From: a virus
Taxonomy: Duplodnaviria; Caudoviricetes
Direction: 5' to 3' (one strand)
Virus record (IMG/VR): IMGVR_UViG_3300027818_000041
Coordinates: 301-64,300 of that record
Length of the DNA stretch: 64,000 nt
Shown here: piece after piece, positions 41,067 through 51,229 of the stretch
How the letters are laid out: each line of letters starts with the position of its first letter
Numbering within the stretch: the first letter of the stretch is position 1
Translations under genes and position numbers: made by a program
Notes under the pieces: model-generated
Databases searched by the model: none
Told to the model about the DNA's origin: nothing
The model's input: the letters and a program-made list of their open reading frames with translations, nothing else

Positions 41067-41804
41067 ATGGATCCATATAGAATACTTGGATTAGATGCCG
41101 GGGCGTCAAAAGAAGACATTAAAAAAGCCTACAGGACTCTTGCTAAAAAATATCATCCAGATATGAACGGAGGAGACGATGCCAAGTTCAAAGAGGTAAA
41201 CGAGGCATATTCTCAGCTTACTTCCGAACCAGAAGCTGCTTCTGATCCATTTAGCTTTTTTAAGAATTTTGAGTCTATGTTTGGTATGCGTTTTGGCAGT
41301 AACCCTTTTAGGGAGACTTTTTCAAGAAGGGGAGCGGATTTAAAGTATGTGATGAGTACTTCTTTTTATGATTTGGTAGCCGGAGCCAGTAAAGAAATTG
41401 AGGTTTCTTTTAATGATATATGCTCTTCTTGTTCAGGTAACGGTGCAACCTCCTTTATTGTATGTCCATCATGTAAGGGTAGTGGGTTTTTAAGACAGCA
41501 AGTTACCCCAGCTCAATTCTCTGCTATTTCTTGTCCTAGTTGTGGAGGAAAGGGGAAGCGTCCTAGCGCAGTATGTAATTCTTGTAAGGGGACTGGGAGT
41601 ACATTAACAACCAAAAGGATAACAGTTAACATTCCGGCAGGTACTGACCCAGCAGCGAGTCTTTGTTTGAGAGGAGAGGGGGGTAAGGGAACTAATGGTG
41701 GACCGGCTGGAGATCTTGTTATTATAATTAAGACAATGGTTCCTGATAAAAACAGGCTATCTGTTGAAGATCTTGAAGTTTTAAAGAAGTGTTGTAATGG
41801 TTAG
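41067..41804 (+). CDS. dnaJ: DnaJ (Hsp40) co-chaperone, C-terminally shortened
   Basis: J-domain with HPD (KKYHPD), F-rich linker, four CxxCxGxG repeats, VNIPAG and GDLVI motifs; 245 aa. Confidence 0.9.
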   Translation: MDPYRILGLDAGASKEDIKKAYRTLAKKYHPDMNGGDDAKFKEVNEAYSQLTSEPEAASDPFSFFKNFESMFGMRFGSNPFRETFSRRGADLKYVMSTSFYDLVAGASKEIEVSFNDICSSCSGNGATSFIVCPSCKGSGFLRQQVTPAQFSAISCPSCGGKGKRPSAVCNSCKGTGSTLTTKRITVNIPAGTDPAASLCLRGEGGKGTNGGPAGDLVIIIKTMVPDKNRLSVEDLEVLKKCCNG

Positions 41805-42321
41805 GGTTTTAAGTTTTGATATTTCAACAGCTGGAACTGGTTGGAGTTTTTATGATGGAGTTTCTACTTTTCAGATGGGAGTAATAGTTCTAGACAAAGC
41901 TAACTCCTTGAGTGAAAAGTTTTTAACTCTTTACAATGCTTCTAATACTTTGATAGACGAATTATGTCCTGAAGTTGTAGTGGTAGAGGGGGTATTTGCT
42001 TTTAGAAATATAAAAACAACTAAGATTTTATCAGAGGCTGGGGGTATGGTTAAACTAAACTGTTATTCTAGGAAAATACCTGTAGCCACAATTGAAAACA
42101 CAACAGTTAAAGCCTATTTTAAAACTAGAAAGAAAGAAGATTTATTTAAAACTATGATGGAGGTTACAAAACTTGATGTGTTTCGGTTGGATTTTAGCAA
42201 GTATAATGATATGGTAGATAGTTTTGCTTTACTTTTGTACTATCTTGAGGTAATAGCAAAACAGATTATCTTAAAACAAGATGGTACTATAAATTTTTTG
42301 GGGTTACACAATGTCGATTAA
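41797..42321 (+). CDS. ruvC: RuvC-like Holliday junction resolvase
   Basis: VLSFDISTAGTGW, VVVEGVF, DMVDSFAL acidic catalytic pattern. Confidence 0.75.
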   Translation: MVRVLSFDISTAGTGWSFYDGVSTFQMGVIVLDKANSLSEKFLTLYNASNTLIDELCPEVVVVEGVFAFRNIKTTKILSEAGGMVKLNCYSRKIPVATIENTTVKAYFKTRKKEDLFKTMMEVTKLDVFRLDFSKYNDMVDSFALLLYYLEVIAKQIILKQDGTINFLGLHNVD

Positions 42322-43522
42322 ATTAAGTGCAACACGCATCTCCACCTTTCTACAATGTAAACGTAGATATTTATATTCCTATGTAAAACAGGAAGCTAAA
42401 ATAGCTAACCCTGCTTTTAGACTTGGGAGGGCTGTACACGAGGCTTTGGAGTTTGCAGGAAACATTTGGGTTGCAGAGGATTTGACTGCGTTTAATGCCT
42501 CTCAGGTGGAGGCTATAGTTAAGAAGTATAATGAGGTGGCAGTTAGAGAGGGTATTTATGATTCTATAGATTATGTAAATGGAGTAGAAATAGTAAAAAA
42601 TAAGTTGCTAAACTTTGAAGAAAATGGTAAAATACTTGCTTTAGAAATTAAGTTTGGTTTCAAAGATACCCCAACCATAATTACTTCCGAAGGCGTTGAG
42701 CTTATTGGAGCAATTGATAAGCTGGTACAAGTTAATGAAGATACATTGTTGGTGGTGGACTATAAAACTTCTAAAACTGTTCCTGATACAGATAAACTAA
42801 GGACAGATATTCAATTGTCCATGTATCATTATGCCGTTAATAAATTGTTTCCAGAGTATAAAAGAGTTATTCTTGCACTGGATATGCTAAGAGTAGGGGA
42901 ACTTGTCTATACCTATAGGACAGAGGAGGAATTAAAGCTCCTGGACGGGTTTTTAAATGAGGTCTATAGACAGATACTATCCTTTGATGAAAACAAAGCT
43001 ACGGGGCAATTAAACCCCCTGTGTAGTTGGTGTGATTTTAGAGGCATTTGTCCGGAGTGTAAAGAGGCTGTTTCTTCTATAGATAAAGATTTTCTCCCCC
43101 CAGAAGAGATGACCTCAGAAGATCTTCATTTAGAATGGGACACAGTAAAATCAAAGTTAAAACTATTAGAGACCAGAAAAAATGAACTATCAACCTTTCT
43201 GATGACGAGTCTTGATGAAGTTGTGGAAGATATTGCAAACAATACACATAAGTTTATAACAGTCCAAAGAAAAAGGAAATCCTTTAATCCAAAGGTGTTG
43301 TCCGATTTAATACCTAAGGATGCATTTCTGGATATGATCTCTATGTCAGCGAAGAAGGTTGTTGATTTTGCAAATAAAAACCCAAAATTAAAAGATAAGA
43401 TTTTAGCAACAAGTGAGACTTGTTTTACAAGTCCCTATATAGACACAAAGAAGCTCGATATTAAGAAACCAAGTAAGAGTTCCGCAAAGAAAGATAAATT
43501 TAAAGAAAAAATTGAGGTTTGA
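42311..43522 (+). CDS. PD-(D/E)XK exonuclease (RecB/AddB/Cas4-like) with C-terminal coiled coil
   Basis: LSATRISTFLQCKRRY; IGAIDKL...VVDYKTS; QLSMY; LCSWCDFRGIC. Confidence 0.85.
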   Translation: MSIKLSATRISTFLQCKRRYLYSYVKQEAKIANPAFRLGRAVHEALEFAGNIWVAEDLTAFNASQVEAIVKKYNEVAVREGIYDSIDYVNGVEIVKNKLLNFEENGKILALEIKFGFKDTPTIITSEGVELIGAIDKLVQVNEDTLLVVDYKTSKTVPDTDKLRTDIQLSMYHYAVNKLFPEYKRVILALDMLRVGELVYTYRTEEELKLLDGFLNEVYRQILSFDENKATGQLNPLCSWCDFRGICPECKEAVSSIDKDFLPPEEMTSEDLHLEWDTVKSKLKLLETRKNELSTFLMTSLDEVVEDIANNTHKFITVQRKRKSFNPKVLSDLIPKDAFLDMISMSAKKVVDFANKNPKLKDKILATSETCFTSPYIDTKKLDIKKPSKSSAKKDKFKEKIEV

Positions 43523-44930
43523 GATGAATAGAGAATTGCGTAGAAAATTGGGAAAAGGAGGATATACTCCTCATATAAAAGCTGAGCAACAAAAAGTCAA
43601 GATCTTGGCGTATATGGATAGTCCTACTGTAGCAACTGGGTTTGGTACTGTTAGTAGGAACGTTCTGAGTATGTTGCATGCGACTGGACTTTATGATATC
43701 ACTGTTTTTGGTATAAATCATTGGGGAGATCCTCATAATTTTCCGTTTGGAATTTTCCCGGCTGGAATAAATGGGGAGCAGGATCCTTATGGACGTAAAA
43801 AGTTTTGTGAATTTGCTTTAAATTTTGATTTTGATATATTGTTTCTATTACAAGATACTTTTATTATGGACTTTTTGCCGGAATTGATTATGGCATTAAA
43901 GAAAAGACGAGCAGATAAACCTTTTAAGTCCATTGTATATTTTCCAATTGATGGGGTTCCTAAAATAGAGTGGATTTATAATATTTCTTTTTGTGATAAG
44001 CTTGTGGCATATGCTTCATTCGCTAAGAAGTCAGCCCAAGAAATGTTAGACATTCTAAAGGGATTTCATGAGAGTGCAGGACCCCAACACCCAGTATTAA
44101 GGTTTGGTAAAAACCCTAAACACATGGGGGTAGAGACCTTTGACATAATTTTTCATGGTGTAAATGACAAGGATTTCTTTGTGTTACCCGAAGCTGATGT
44201 GAAAAACTTTAGAAAGGAGTACTTCAAAGAAAATGCAGATAAGTTTATATTTACTAATGTAAACAGAAATCAACAAAGAAAAGATATACCTAGAACAGTA
44301 AATGCGTTTAGGGTTTTTCATGACAAATATCCTAATACTTTTTTGTACTTACACATGGCTGAGAAGGATTTTGGTTGGCATATTCCTCAACTCGTGAATG
44401 CCTTTGGATTAAGATACGGGTCAGAGGTGATGACTCCTCAAAACTTTGGTCCTAATAAAGGATATCCCGTTGCTCTTTTAAATTATATTTATAACGCATC
44501 AGATTGTGGAATATCCACTACCCTCGGCGAAGGGATGGGACTAGGATGGCTTGAATTTATGCTTACAAAAACACCTGTAATTATGCCAAGTAATACAGCC
44601 ATGTCGGAGTTCATAACTGATGATACTGGGTATCTTGTCAAAAGCGGAACTCATCCTAATCTTTTGACTGTGATTCCTAACGATAATGAGGTTGTTCGTC
44701 CTATGGTTGACATAGAAAGTATGGTAACAAGAATGAACGAGGTTTTTGTAAATAGAGATAGGGCAAAAGAAGTAGCTGATAATGCTTATAAATGGGTGAA
44801 GTCTGAGATGCTTTGGACAGGCAAGATTAGAAACCAGTGGCTTGCTCTTTTTAATGATGCTGTAGTAGACCTAAAAATAAAACAAGAGGCACTTTCTGGT
44901 TCAAACACAATTAAAGCAGAAGTTTTCTAA
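43512..44930 (+). CDS. GT-B fold glycosyltransferase (GT4-like)
   Basis: TGFGTVSRN; VNRNQQRKD; NASDCGISTTLGEGMGLGWLEFM...PVI. ATG 43524 after GAGG is the likelier start. Confidence 0.85.
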   Translation: MRFEMNRELRRKLGKGGYTPHIKAEQQKVKILAYMDSPTVATGFGTVSRNVLSMLHATGLYDITVFGINHWGDPHNFPFGIFPAGINGEQDPYGRKKFCEFALNFDFDILFLLQDTFIMDFLPELIMALKKRRADKPFKSIVYFPIDGVPKIEWIYNISFCDKLVAYASFAKKSAQEMLDILKGFHESAGPQHPVLRFGKNPKHMGVETFDIIFHGVNDKDFFVLPEADVKNFRKEYFKENADKFIFTNVNRNQQRKDIPRTVNAFRVFHDKYPNTFLYLHMAEKDFGWHIPQLVNAFGLRYGSEVMTPQNFGPNKGYPVALLNYIYNASDCGISTTLGEGMGLGWLEFMLTKTPVIMPSNTAMSEFITDDTGYLVKSGTHPNLLTVIPNDNEVVRPMVDIESMVTRMNEVFVNRDRAKEVADNAYKWVKSEMLWTGKIRNQWLALFNDAVVDLKIKQEALSGSNTIKAEVF

Positions 44931-44939
44931 GGAGAGGCT

Positions 44940-46067
44940 ATGTCTGAGGTAAAAGGTATAAAGTATTTTGGACCTATTTTTAATGGGTCAGGTTACGGTA
45001 GGGCTTGCCGCGCTAATATAATGGCTCTTTATAAGCTTGGGGTTCCTTTAACTCTTCAGCCTGTAGATTTTGATAAGGCTGACCCCGAGCTAGGAGAAGA
45101 GGGTAAAATACTGGCTTCTTTAGTTGACAAAGATATAGAGTACGATGCAAAAATTTTACACACTACTCCTGAGTTTTGGAAAGATAAAATTGAGAATGAT
45201 AAAATAAATGTAGGTGTTACTTTGTGGGAAACTACAAGGTTACACCCTGCTTGGAAGGGGTACATAAATAACAGCAAAATAGCTGGTATTATGGTAGCCT
45301 GTGATTGGAATATTGAAGTATTCAAGAATAGTGGTATTACAAAACCACTGATAGCTGTTCCGTATCCAATTCCAGTCATAGAGAAATCTTCGGTTCCTAA
45401 ATATGACATTGCTGGGCTCGATCCAAATGCATACGTTTTTTATTTTGTGGGGCAGTGGCAAGAACGAAAGGATCCAATTGGTTTAATAAAGGCTTATTGG
45501 AGAGCTTTTCAGAACAACGAAAATGTTGCTCTTGTATTAAAAACCTATAGAAGTGACTACTCTGAACCAGAAAAGGAAGCTATACGTACAACCATAACTA
45601 GATTAAGGTCTGTCACTATATATGATAGATATCCTAAACTTTATTTCATTAGCGATCTTTTGACGGGTGCTGAGATTAAAGGTGTACATGCATTGGGGGA
45701 TTGTTATCTGAGTTTGGATCGAGGAGAGGGATTTGGCATGAGCCCTGCAGAGGCTGGTGCTATGGGCAATCCAATTATAGTTACTCGTTTTGGGGGAGTA
45801 ACTGAGTATGCTAAACCAGACAACAGCTATCTATGTAATTATATGTTAGATCCAGTGGGGGGTATGCCATGGATAGGATGGTACAGATCCGATCAAGAAT
45901 GGGCGGCAGCAGATGTACTTCATGGTGCTGAATTATTACAGCATGTGTTTCACAACCAAGCCGAGGCAAAAGAGAAAGGACTAAAACTACAACAGTATAT
46001 AAAAAACAACTTGTCAGAAGAAGTAATTGGTGGTAAAATACTAGCTGCTATAGATCAATTAAGATAG
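44940..46067 (+). CDS. GT-B fold glycosyltransferase (GT4-like)
   Basis: SGYGRAC; WETT; VGQWQERKD; GDCYLSLDRGEGFGMSPAEAGAMGNPII. Confidence 0.85.
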   Translation: MSEVKGIKYFGPIFNGSGYGRACRANIMALYKLGVPLTLQPVDFDKADPELGEEGKILASLVDKDIEYDAKILHTTPEFWKDKIENDKINVGVTLWETTRLHPAWKGYINNSKIAGIMVACDWNIEVFKNSGITKPLIAVPYPIPVIEKSSVPKYDIAGLDPNAYVFYFVGQWQERKDPIGLIKAYWRAFQNNENVALVLKTYRSDYSEPEKEAIRTTITRLRSVTIYDRYPKLYFISDLLTGAEIKGVHALGDCYLSLDRGEGFGMSPAEAGAMGNPIIVTRFGGVTEYAKPDNSYLCNYMLDPVGGMPWIGWYRSDQEWAAADVLHGAELLQHVFHNQAEAKEKGLKLQQYIKNNLSEEVIGGKILAAIDQLR

Positions 46068-46099
46068 GAGTAGAGTTTAAGCCACCTATGCACTCTTAC

Positions 46100-46128
46100 T
46101 TGCAGGATATAAAAAGGCTGTATATAAC
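46100..46128 (+). promoter_or_regulatory. Putative sigma70-type promoter upstream of the main glycan block
   Basis: TTGCAG (46100-46105), 17-nt spacer, TATAAC (46123-46128), in the only gap over 100 nt in the right half of the window. Confidence 0.5.
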
Positions 46129-46187
46129 GAGGATATTGTAAATTTTTTTAACTCGAGGAAAGTAAATCAAAATAACGGAGTACATGC

Positions 46188-46943
46188 ATGAAAACCATCT
46201 CGTTTCCAGTAGGGTATAGACCTCATTATTTGCAAACATTTTTGGAGCATCTCAAGCGACAAAATCTTGAAGGTTGGGAGATTTTTTGTAGTGCTGAGAA
46301 TTGTCCTCCTTGTATAGAAGTACTTAAGTCTTGTGGCTTAAACCTAAATATTCTATACAAAGCAAACTCTATTGGCAGAAAGTCACATGCTGGTGCCAGA
46401 GATAACATGTTTAATGTTTTGAACCATGTATTCAAAGTCGCTGGGTCAGACTTTAATGTTCATTTTGAAGATGATTTTTTACTTGCTCCCGACGCCCTCG
46501 ACTTAGCTAATTGGTACTATAATACGTACAAAGACAAGCCCTTGTCCTACATAACTTACGGGTTGTTTGGGTTTGCTCCCAGGGGCGATGATTACTCCGC
46601 TTTAGAAGAAGTAGATTTTTTTGAAGGATTGGGTTGGTGTACCTTTAAGGAGGGTTGGGATGCTTGTTTTAGTAAGTGTTGGTATGATGATTCGCTAGCT
46701 AGAAAGTATTTTGGTACCTATGGTTGGGATTGGGCTGTTCAGGGATTTTATCGAGAGTATAAGTTCAAGTCATTACGCCCGCTTATAAATAGGACTCAAC
46801 ACAATGGTAGAATTGGTGGTACCTGTGCCAGTGTAGAACACCACGACAAACACTACGCGCCACTGAAATGGAATACTTCTCAGCGTATCACCGAGTTTAA
46901 GCTTATTGGTACTTCAGAGGCTACGGAGGCATGGGTTAAATGA
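46188..46943 (+). CDS. Putative GT-A fold glycosyltransferase
   Basis: YRPHYLQ...NVHFEDDFLLAPD (DxD-like)...GWDW...RTQHNG layout typical of GT-A enzymes. Confidence 0.6.
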   Translation: MKTISFPVGYRPHYLQTFLEHLKRQNLEGWEIFCSAENCPPCIEVLKSCGLNLNILYKANSIGRKSHAGARDNMFNVLNHVFKVAGSDFNVHFEDDFLLAPDALDLANWYYNTYKDKPLSYITYGLFGFAPRGDDYSALEEVDFFEGLGWCTFKEGWDACFSKCWYDDSLARKYFGTYGWDWAVQGFYREYKFKSLRPLINRTQHNGRIGGTCASVEHHDKHYAPLKWNTSQRITEFKLIGTSEATEAWVK

Positions 46944-47509
46944 TTTTAGATACAATAGATTTTAAACCATTCTTTGAACACATAGAGAGCATATTTAGTT
47001 CACACTTTCCGGAGGAGGAAGTTCAAAAACTTATGGAGTTTGTGGAAATTCTTGCTGATGCTAATTTTAAATGCTATATTGCTAACATGAAAGTTATTGC
47101 TAATAGAAAATCACCAAACGTTGACGATACACTTATTGCGGATCTAGAGTGGGTTGCTCGTAGCGTGGGGGAGTATAGGGTAGCCTCCAAAGCCAACATT
47201 AATAAATACGTATCAATGTTTAAATCTGTTAATGAGCCTACTTCCCCAGATTCTTGGGTGTCTGATGATATAGTCTACAGCATAGGGGAAATGATGGATC
47301 GACTTTCTATCGAGACCATTAAGCGAGAAGACTTCAGAGTTAATAATCGTCCAGCGCATATGACAGAGGCTACTCTAAATCTAAGCAATAGAGTAGAGAT
47401 TTATTTACGAACCAAGTTAGCAGAGATTGATGCTAAAGGGTTCTATGAATGTAATAATGAACAACGTACGTATGACCTTGAGGGGATCATTAAAGATTTA
47501 GCTTTGTAA
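46940..47509 (+). CDS. DUF4254-like helical protein
   Basis: SIGEMMDRLSIETIK motif; also present in 59131-59490. Confidence 0.5.
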   Translation: MILDTIDFKPFFEHIESIFSSHFPEEEVQKLMEFVEILADANFKCYIANMKVIANRKSPNVDDTLIADLEWVARSVGEYRVASKANINKYVSMFKSVNEPTSPDSWVSDDIVYSIGEMMDRLSIETIKREDFRVNNRPAHMTEATLNLSNRVEIYLRTKLAEIDAKGFYECNNEQRTYDLEGIIKDLAL

Positions 47510-47522
47510 TAAGAGAGTTTTT

Positions 47523-48359
47523 ATGCGGCTAATACCAAAAGTTCTACATTTGTATTGGGACAGAAGTCCAATGTCTTTTCCTCAAGCACTGACTCCTGTT
47601 TCATTCAAAAAATATAATCCTGATTGGGAGATAAATGTATATATTCCTATTCAGGACTATAATGGTAGTGCTAGATACATTCCTGATTATGTTGGTGTTG
47701 ATTTTTTTAAGCTAGTGACCGAGGTTCCAGGAATTAATATCATAGAAGTAGACCTTTCCAAGTACGATATAAATTTAGGGCATCATAATATTCTTAGGTC
47801 TGACATTCTAAGGTACCATTTGCTTTATGAGATCGGGGGTGTGTGGTCTGACTTTGATGTTTTATGGCTGAAGCCTATGACCCACTTCTATAATATTGAG
47901 TATCATGGCTCAGTACCTGTAGATGAAATAACTGCAGTAGTTTCATTCATACAAGGTACAGGAGGAGGACACAGTATAGGGATAATGATTCATAGTAAAA
48001 ATGATCCATATGCTAAGTCACTAATCGAATTAACTAAGCAGGTTAAACCTCCGTTTAGTCATGAGATTTTTGGGGGGAGTATGCTAAATACACATTACCC
48101 AACACTGGAGTCATTGAGTAAGTTTACTGGATTAGTTGGCGCTAAGTTTGAAACATATTATCCTTATATAATCCATCCTCCAGTACCCACAATACAAAAA
48201 CTGTACAGAGGAGTAGATTTGTCTCCTATTCAAAGTAATAACGTTCTGTGCCTTCATTGGTACAACGGACACCGCTTAAGTAAAGAGTACCTGAATGGTG
48301 ATGGTCTAAGAAGAGATTGTAGTATGACAAGAATTATTAAACAGGAAGGTTATGCCTAG
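47523..48359 (+). CDS. GT32-like (OCH1/DXD) glycosyltransferase
   Basis: IPKVLHLYW; RSDILRYHLLYEIGGVWSDFDV. Confidence 0.8.
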   Translation: MRLIPKVLHLYWDRSPMSFPQALTPVSFKKYNPDWEINVYIPIQDYNGSARYIPDYVGVDFFKLVTEVPGINIIEVDLSKYDINLGHHNILRSDILRYHLLYEIGGVWSDFDVLWLKPMTHFYNIEYHGSVPVDEITAVVSFIQGTGGGHSIGIMIHSKNDPYAKSLIELTKQVKPPFSHEIFGGSMLNTHYPTLESLSKFTGLVGAKFETYYPYIIHPPVPTIQKLYRGVDLSPIQSNNVLCLHWYNGHRLSKEYLNGDGLRRDCSMTRIIKQEGYA

Positions 48360-49173
48360 AATATCTATAGTGTCACCATACTTTAACCGTAAGCCGGAGT
48401 TATATAGGACTCTTCTATCTCTAAAGTTGTCTCTAATTAAAGATTTTGAATATATTGTGGTAGACGACGCCAGCTCTCCGGTTCATCGCCTTGAGGATTT
48501 ACTACCAGAGTTTCCGTTTCTTAAACTAAAGAGAGTGGATCCTCACAATAAGTTTTATCTAAATCCTTGCATTCCTTACAATATGGGCATTGCTGAAGCT
48601 ACTGGGGAGTTTATAATACTACAAAGTCCAGAATGTTTACACATGGGAGATATTTTAAGTTATGTAGGTAATAATATTAGTATAAATAAATATTTTGTGT
48701 TCTCGTGTTACTCCCTAGATGAGCAGAAGACAAAAGCACTTCAGAGCGTAGATTTCAATGCAGATCCTTTTACATTGTATACTGCTATTTTGAACACTAT
48801 AGGTGGACTTTCTACGAATAGCTGTGAGTCTTCTGCTGGTCGTTACAATACTTGGTTTGCACACTCTAAGTACAGACCTTGTATGTTCAACTTTTTAGTG
48901 GCTCTTACAGCCAAAGATATGAAAGAACTTGGTGGTTTCAATGAAGTTTTTTATGATGGGCACTCTTATGATGACACAGAGTTTTCTGAGAGAGTGCTGA
49001 AGAAGAAAATGGAGGTAGTGATGATAGACGAACCATATTGTTTACACCAATACCATCCATCAGTTCTTAGTAATATTCCTAATTTTGCAGCTAGACTAGA
49101 GAAGAATAGATTTTTATATGAAAAGTGTAAAGAGTCTCCTGAGTATTATACAAATAATCGTTTTATAAAATAG
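48352..49173 (+). CDS. GT2 family glycosyltransferase
   Basis: ISIVSPYFNR, IVVDDAS, YNMGIAEATGE, GGFNEVF...YDDTEF. Confidence 0.85.
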   Translation: MPRISIVSPYFNRKPELYRTLLSLKLSLIKDFEYIVVDDASSPVHRLEDLLPEFPFLKLKRVDPHNKFYLNPCIPYNMGIAEATGEFIILQSPECLHMGDILSYVGNNISINKYFVFSCYSLDEQKTKALQSVDFNADPFTLYTAILNTIGGLSTNSCESSAGRYNTWFAHSKYRPCMFNFLVALTAKDMKELGGFNEVFYDGHSYDDTEFSERVLKKKMEVVMIDEPYCLHQYHPSVLSNIPNFAARLEKNRFLYEKCKESPEYYTNNRFIK

Positions 49174-49180
49174 GATTTAT

Positions 49181-50254
49181 ATGAAGATTTTGACTGTTTG
49201 TGGCACTCGTCCGGAGCTTATCCGGCTAAGTCTAATTATAAAGAAGTTGGACTCTTTAGTAGATCATACCTTGGTTTTTACTAACCAGAATTTCACACAC
49301 AATTTAAGTGGTAAATTCTTTTCAGAACTAAACATTCGTAAACCTAATTACTACTTCAACAAAGAGGCAACTTCTCTTGGAGATTTCCTTGGTAATGCCT
49401 TTGTGGAGTTTGAGCGCATTCTTTTACGTGAGAATCCAGATAAGATACTAGTTTTGGGAGATACTAACTCAGGACTCCTTGCTTTGCTTGCGAACAGGTA
49501 TGGCATTCCCATATACCATATGGAGGCGGGCAACCGGTGTTTGGATCAGAGGGTGCCGGAGGAAACTAATAGAAAAATAATAGATTTGTTATCTACATAT
49601 AATCTTCCTTATACAGAAAACAGTAAACAGAATCTTATAAATGAGGGATTTGATAAGAATCATATTTTTAAGACAGGAAATCCTTTATTTGAGGTGTTGT
49701 CTAATTGGGAGAAGGAGATTCTTTCAAGTTCTATTACGGACACCCTTGATATAGTAGGCAAGCCTTATGTTCTTGTAACAGTTCATCGTGCAGAGAATGT
49801 TGATAATAAAGATGGTTTAGAATCTATTGTGAAATTTATAAATTATATTTCTACAACAGGATACACGGTTGTAATATCTTTACATCCAAGAACAAAAGAC
49901 AGGATGTTATTTCATGGACTTACTTTTAATGATAAGAATATAGTAATAAGTGAACCTTTAGGTTTATTTGACTATGTTCATCTCGAAAGATTTGCAGATA
50001 TGGTAATTTCAGATTCAGGTTCTGTCCCAGAGTCCACTGCAATTTTTAATGTACCGTCCGTTATAATCAGAGAATCTACAGAACGTCAAGAATTGATAGA
50101 ATGTGGTGCTTCTGTGTTGACAGGAACAAAATATTCAGCCATGGTAGGGGCTTTTGAGATTTTACGAAACAGAAAAAATACTTGGAGAGTTCCAGAAGAT
50201 TATTTGGTGCCGAATGTATCAGATATTGTTATAAATATTTTAATAGGAAAGTGA
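49181..50254 (+). CDS. wecB: Non-hydrolysing UDP-N-acetylhexosamine 2-epimerase (FnlC/WbjD/WbvD-like subgroup)
   Basis: GTRPELIRLS, VLGDTNS, HMEAGNRCLDQRVPEETNRKIID, TVHRAEN, SDSGSVPE, RESTERQE. Confidence 0.9.
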   Translation: MKILTVCGTRPELIRLSLIIKKLDSLVDHTLVFTNQNFTHNLSGKFFSELNIRKPNYYFNKEATSLGDFLGNAFVEFERILLRENPDKILVLGDTNSGLLALLANRYGIPIYHMEAGNRCLDQRVPEETNRKIIDLLSTYNLPYTENSKQNLINEGFDKNHIFKTGNPLFEVLSNWEKEILSSSITDTLDIVGKPYVLVTVHRAENVDNKDGLESIVKFINYISTTGYTVVISLHPRTKDRMLFHGLTFNDKNIVISEPLGLFDYVHLERFADMVISDSGSVPESTAIFNVPSVIIRESTERQELIECGASVLTGTKYSAMVGAFEILRNRKNTWRVPEDYLVPNVSDIVINILIGK

Positions 50255-50257
50255 GTT

Positions 50258-51229
50258 ATGACTAAGAAAAAAGCTTTAATTACAGGGATAAGTGGGATGG
50301 ATGGCAGTCATCTAGCGGATTTATTGCTAGAAAAAGGATATGAAGTTTTTGGTTTAGAGCGTAGGTTGTCTACCAAGAATAGAGTCAATGTAAAACACAT
50401 TGAGGATAAGATCTATTTTCTTCCGGGCGATTTGTCTGATCAGAACTCTTTATTACGGGCTATAAAAATTGCAGAACCAGACGAGTTCTATAATTTGGCT
50501 TCGCAATCGTTTGTTGGAGAGAGCTGGAATACTCCAGAACAGACAGGAGATATCACAGGTCTTGGTGTTTTACGTTGCTTAGAAGCCATCCGGGAGTCTG
50601 AGTTGAGTATAAAATACTACCAGGCGTCATCTAGTGAAATGTTCGGAAAGATGATAGAGAACCCGGCTAATGAAAATACTCCATTCTATCCTCGTAGCCC
50701 TTATGGGGTTGCTAAGCTGTATGGGCACTGGATTACTAAAAATTATAGAGAGTCTTATGGAATGTTTAATTGCTCTGGAATCCTCTTTAACCATTCGTCA
50801 GAACGCCGTGGATATGAGTTTGTTACTCGTAAAATCTCAGACGGTGTATCAAGAATACACTTAGGACTTCAAGATAGGATTATATTAGGTAATCTCGAAG
50901 CTCGTAGAGATTGGGGGTATGCCCCTGAGTATGTTGAGTGTATGTGGAGAATGCTACAGCAAGAGGAGCCTGACGACTACGTTGTAGCCACAGGACAAAC
51001 TTGGTCCATCAGAGACTTTTTAACCGCAGCTTTCGCTTGTATAGGTATAACGGATTGGGAAAAATATGTAGGGCAAGATCCTAGATTTATGCGCCCAGCT
51101 GAAGTGGATGTTTTGCGTGGTAATGCCACTAAGGCACGCACAAAACTGGGTTGGGAACCCAAAACTTCATTCCAAGAGTTAGCACGTTTGATGGTTGAAA
51201 ATGATATCAAGCTACTAGGTGGAAAGTAA
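50258..51229 (+). CDS. gmd: GDP-mannose 4,6-dehydratase
   Basis: ALITGISGMDGSHLA, YNLASQSFV, YQASSSEMFG, FYPRSPYGVAKLYGHW, GILFNH, FVTRKI, LGNLEARRDWG, MRPAEVD. Confidence 0.95.
   Translation: MTKKKALITGISGMDGSHLADLLLEKGYEVFGLERRLSTKNRVNVKHIEDKIYFLPGDLSDQNSLLRAIKIAEPDEFYNLASQSFVGESWNTPEQTGDITGLGVLRCLEAIRESELSIKYYQASSSEMFGKMIENPANENTPFYPRSPYGVAKLYGHWITKNYRESYGMFNCSGILFNHSSERRGYEFVTRKISDGVSRIHLGLQDRIILGNLEARRDWGYAPEYVECMWRMLQQEEPDDYVVATGQTWSIRDFLTAAFACIGITDWEKYVGQDPRFMRPAEVDVLRGNATKARTKLGWEPKTSFQELARLMVENDIKLLGGK

Noticed and set aside
42311-43522. Cas4/CRISPR system
   Set aside because: No repeat-spacer array or other cas gene seen; replication context fits a stand-alone exonuclease.
46088-46141. 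17-codon leader peptide ORF upstream of the glycan block
   Set aside because: The nearest RBS-like site is about 17 nt away, there is no attenuator structure, and it overlaps the putative promoter.
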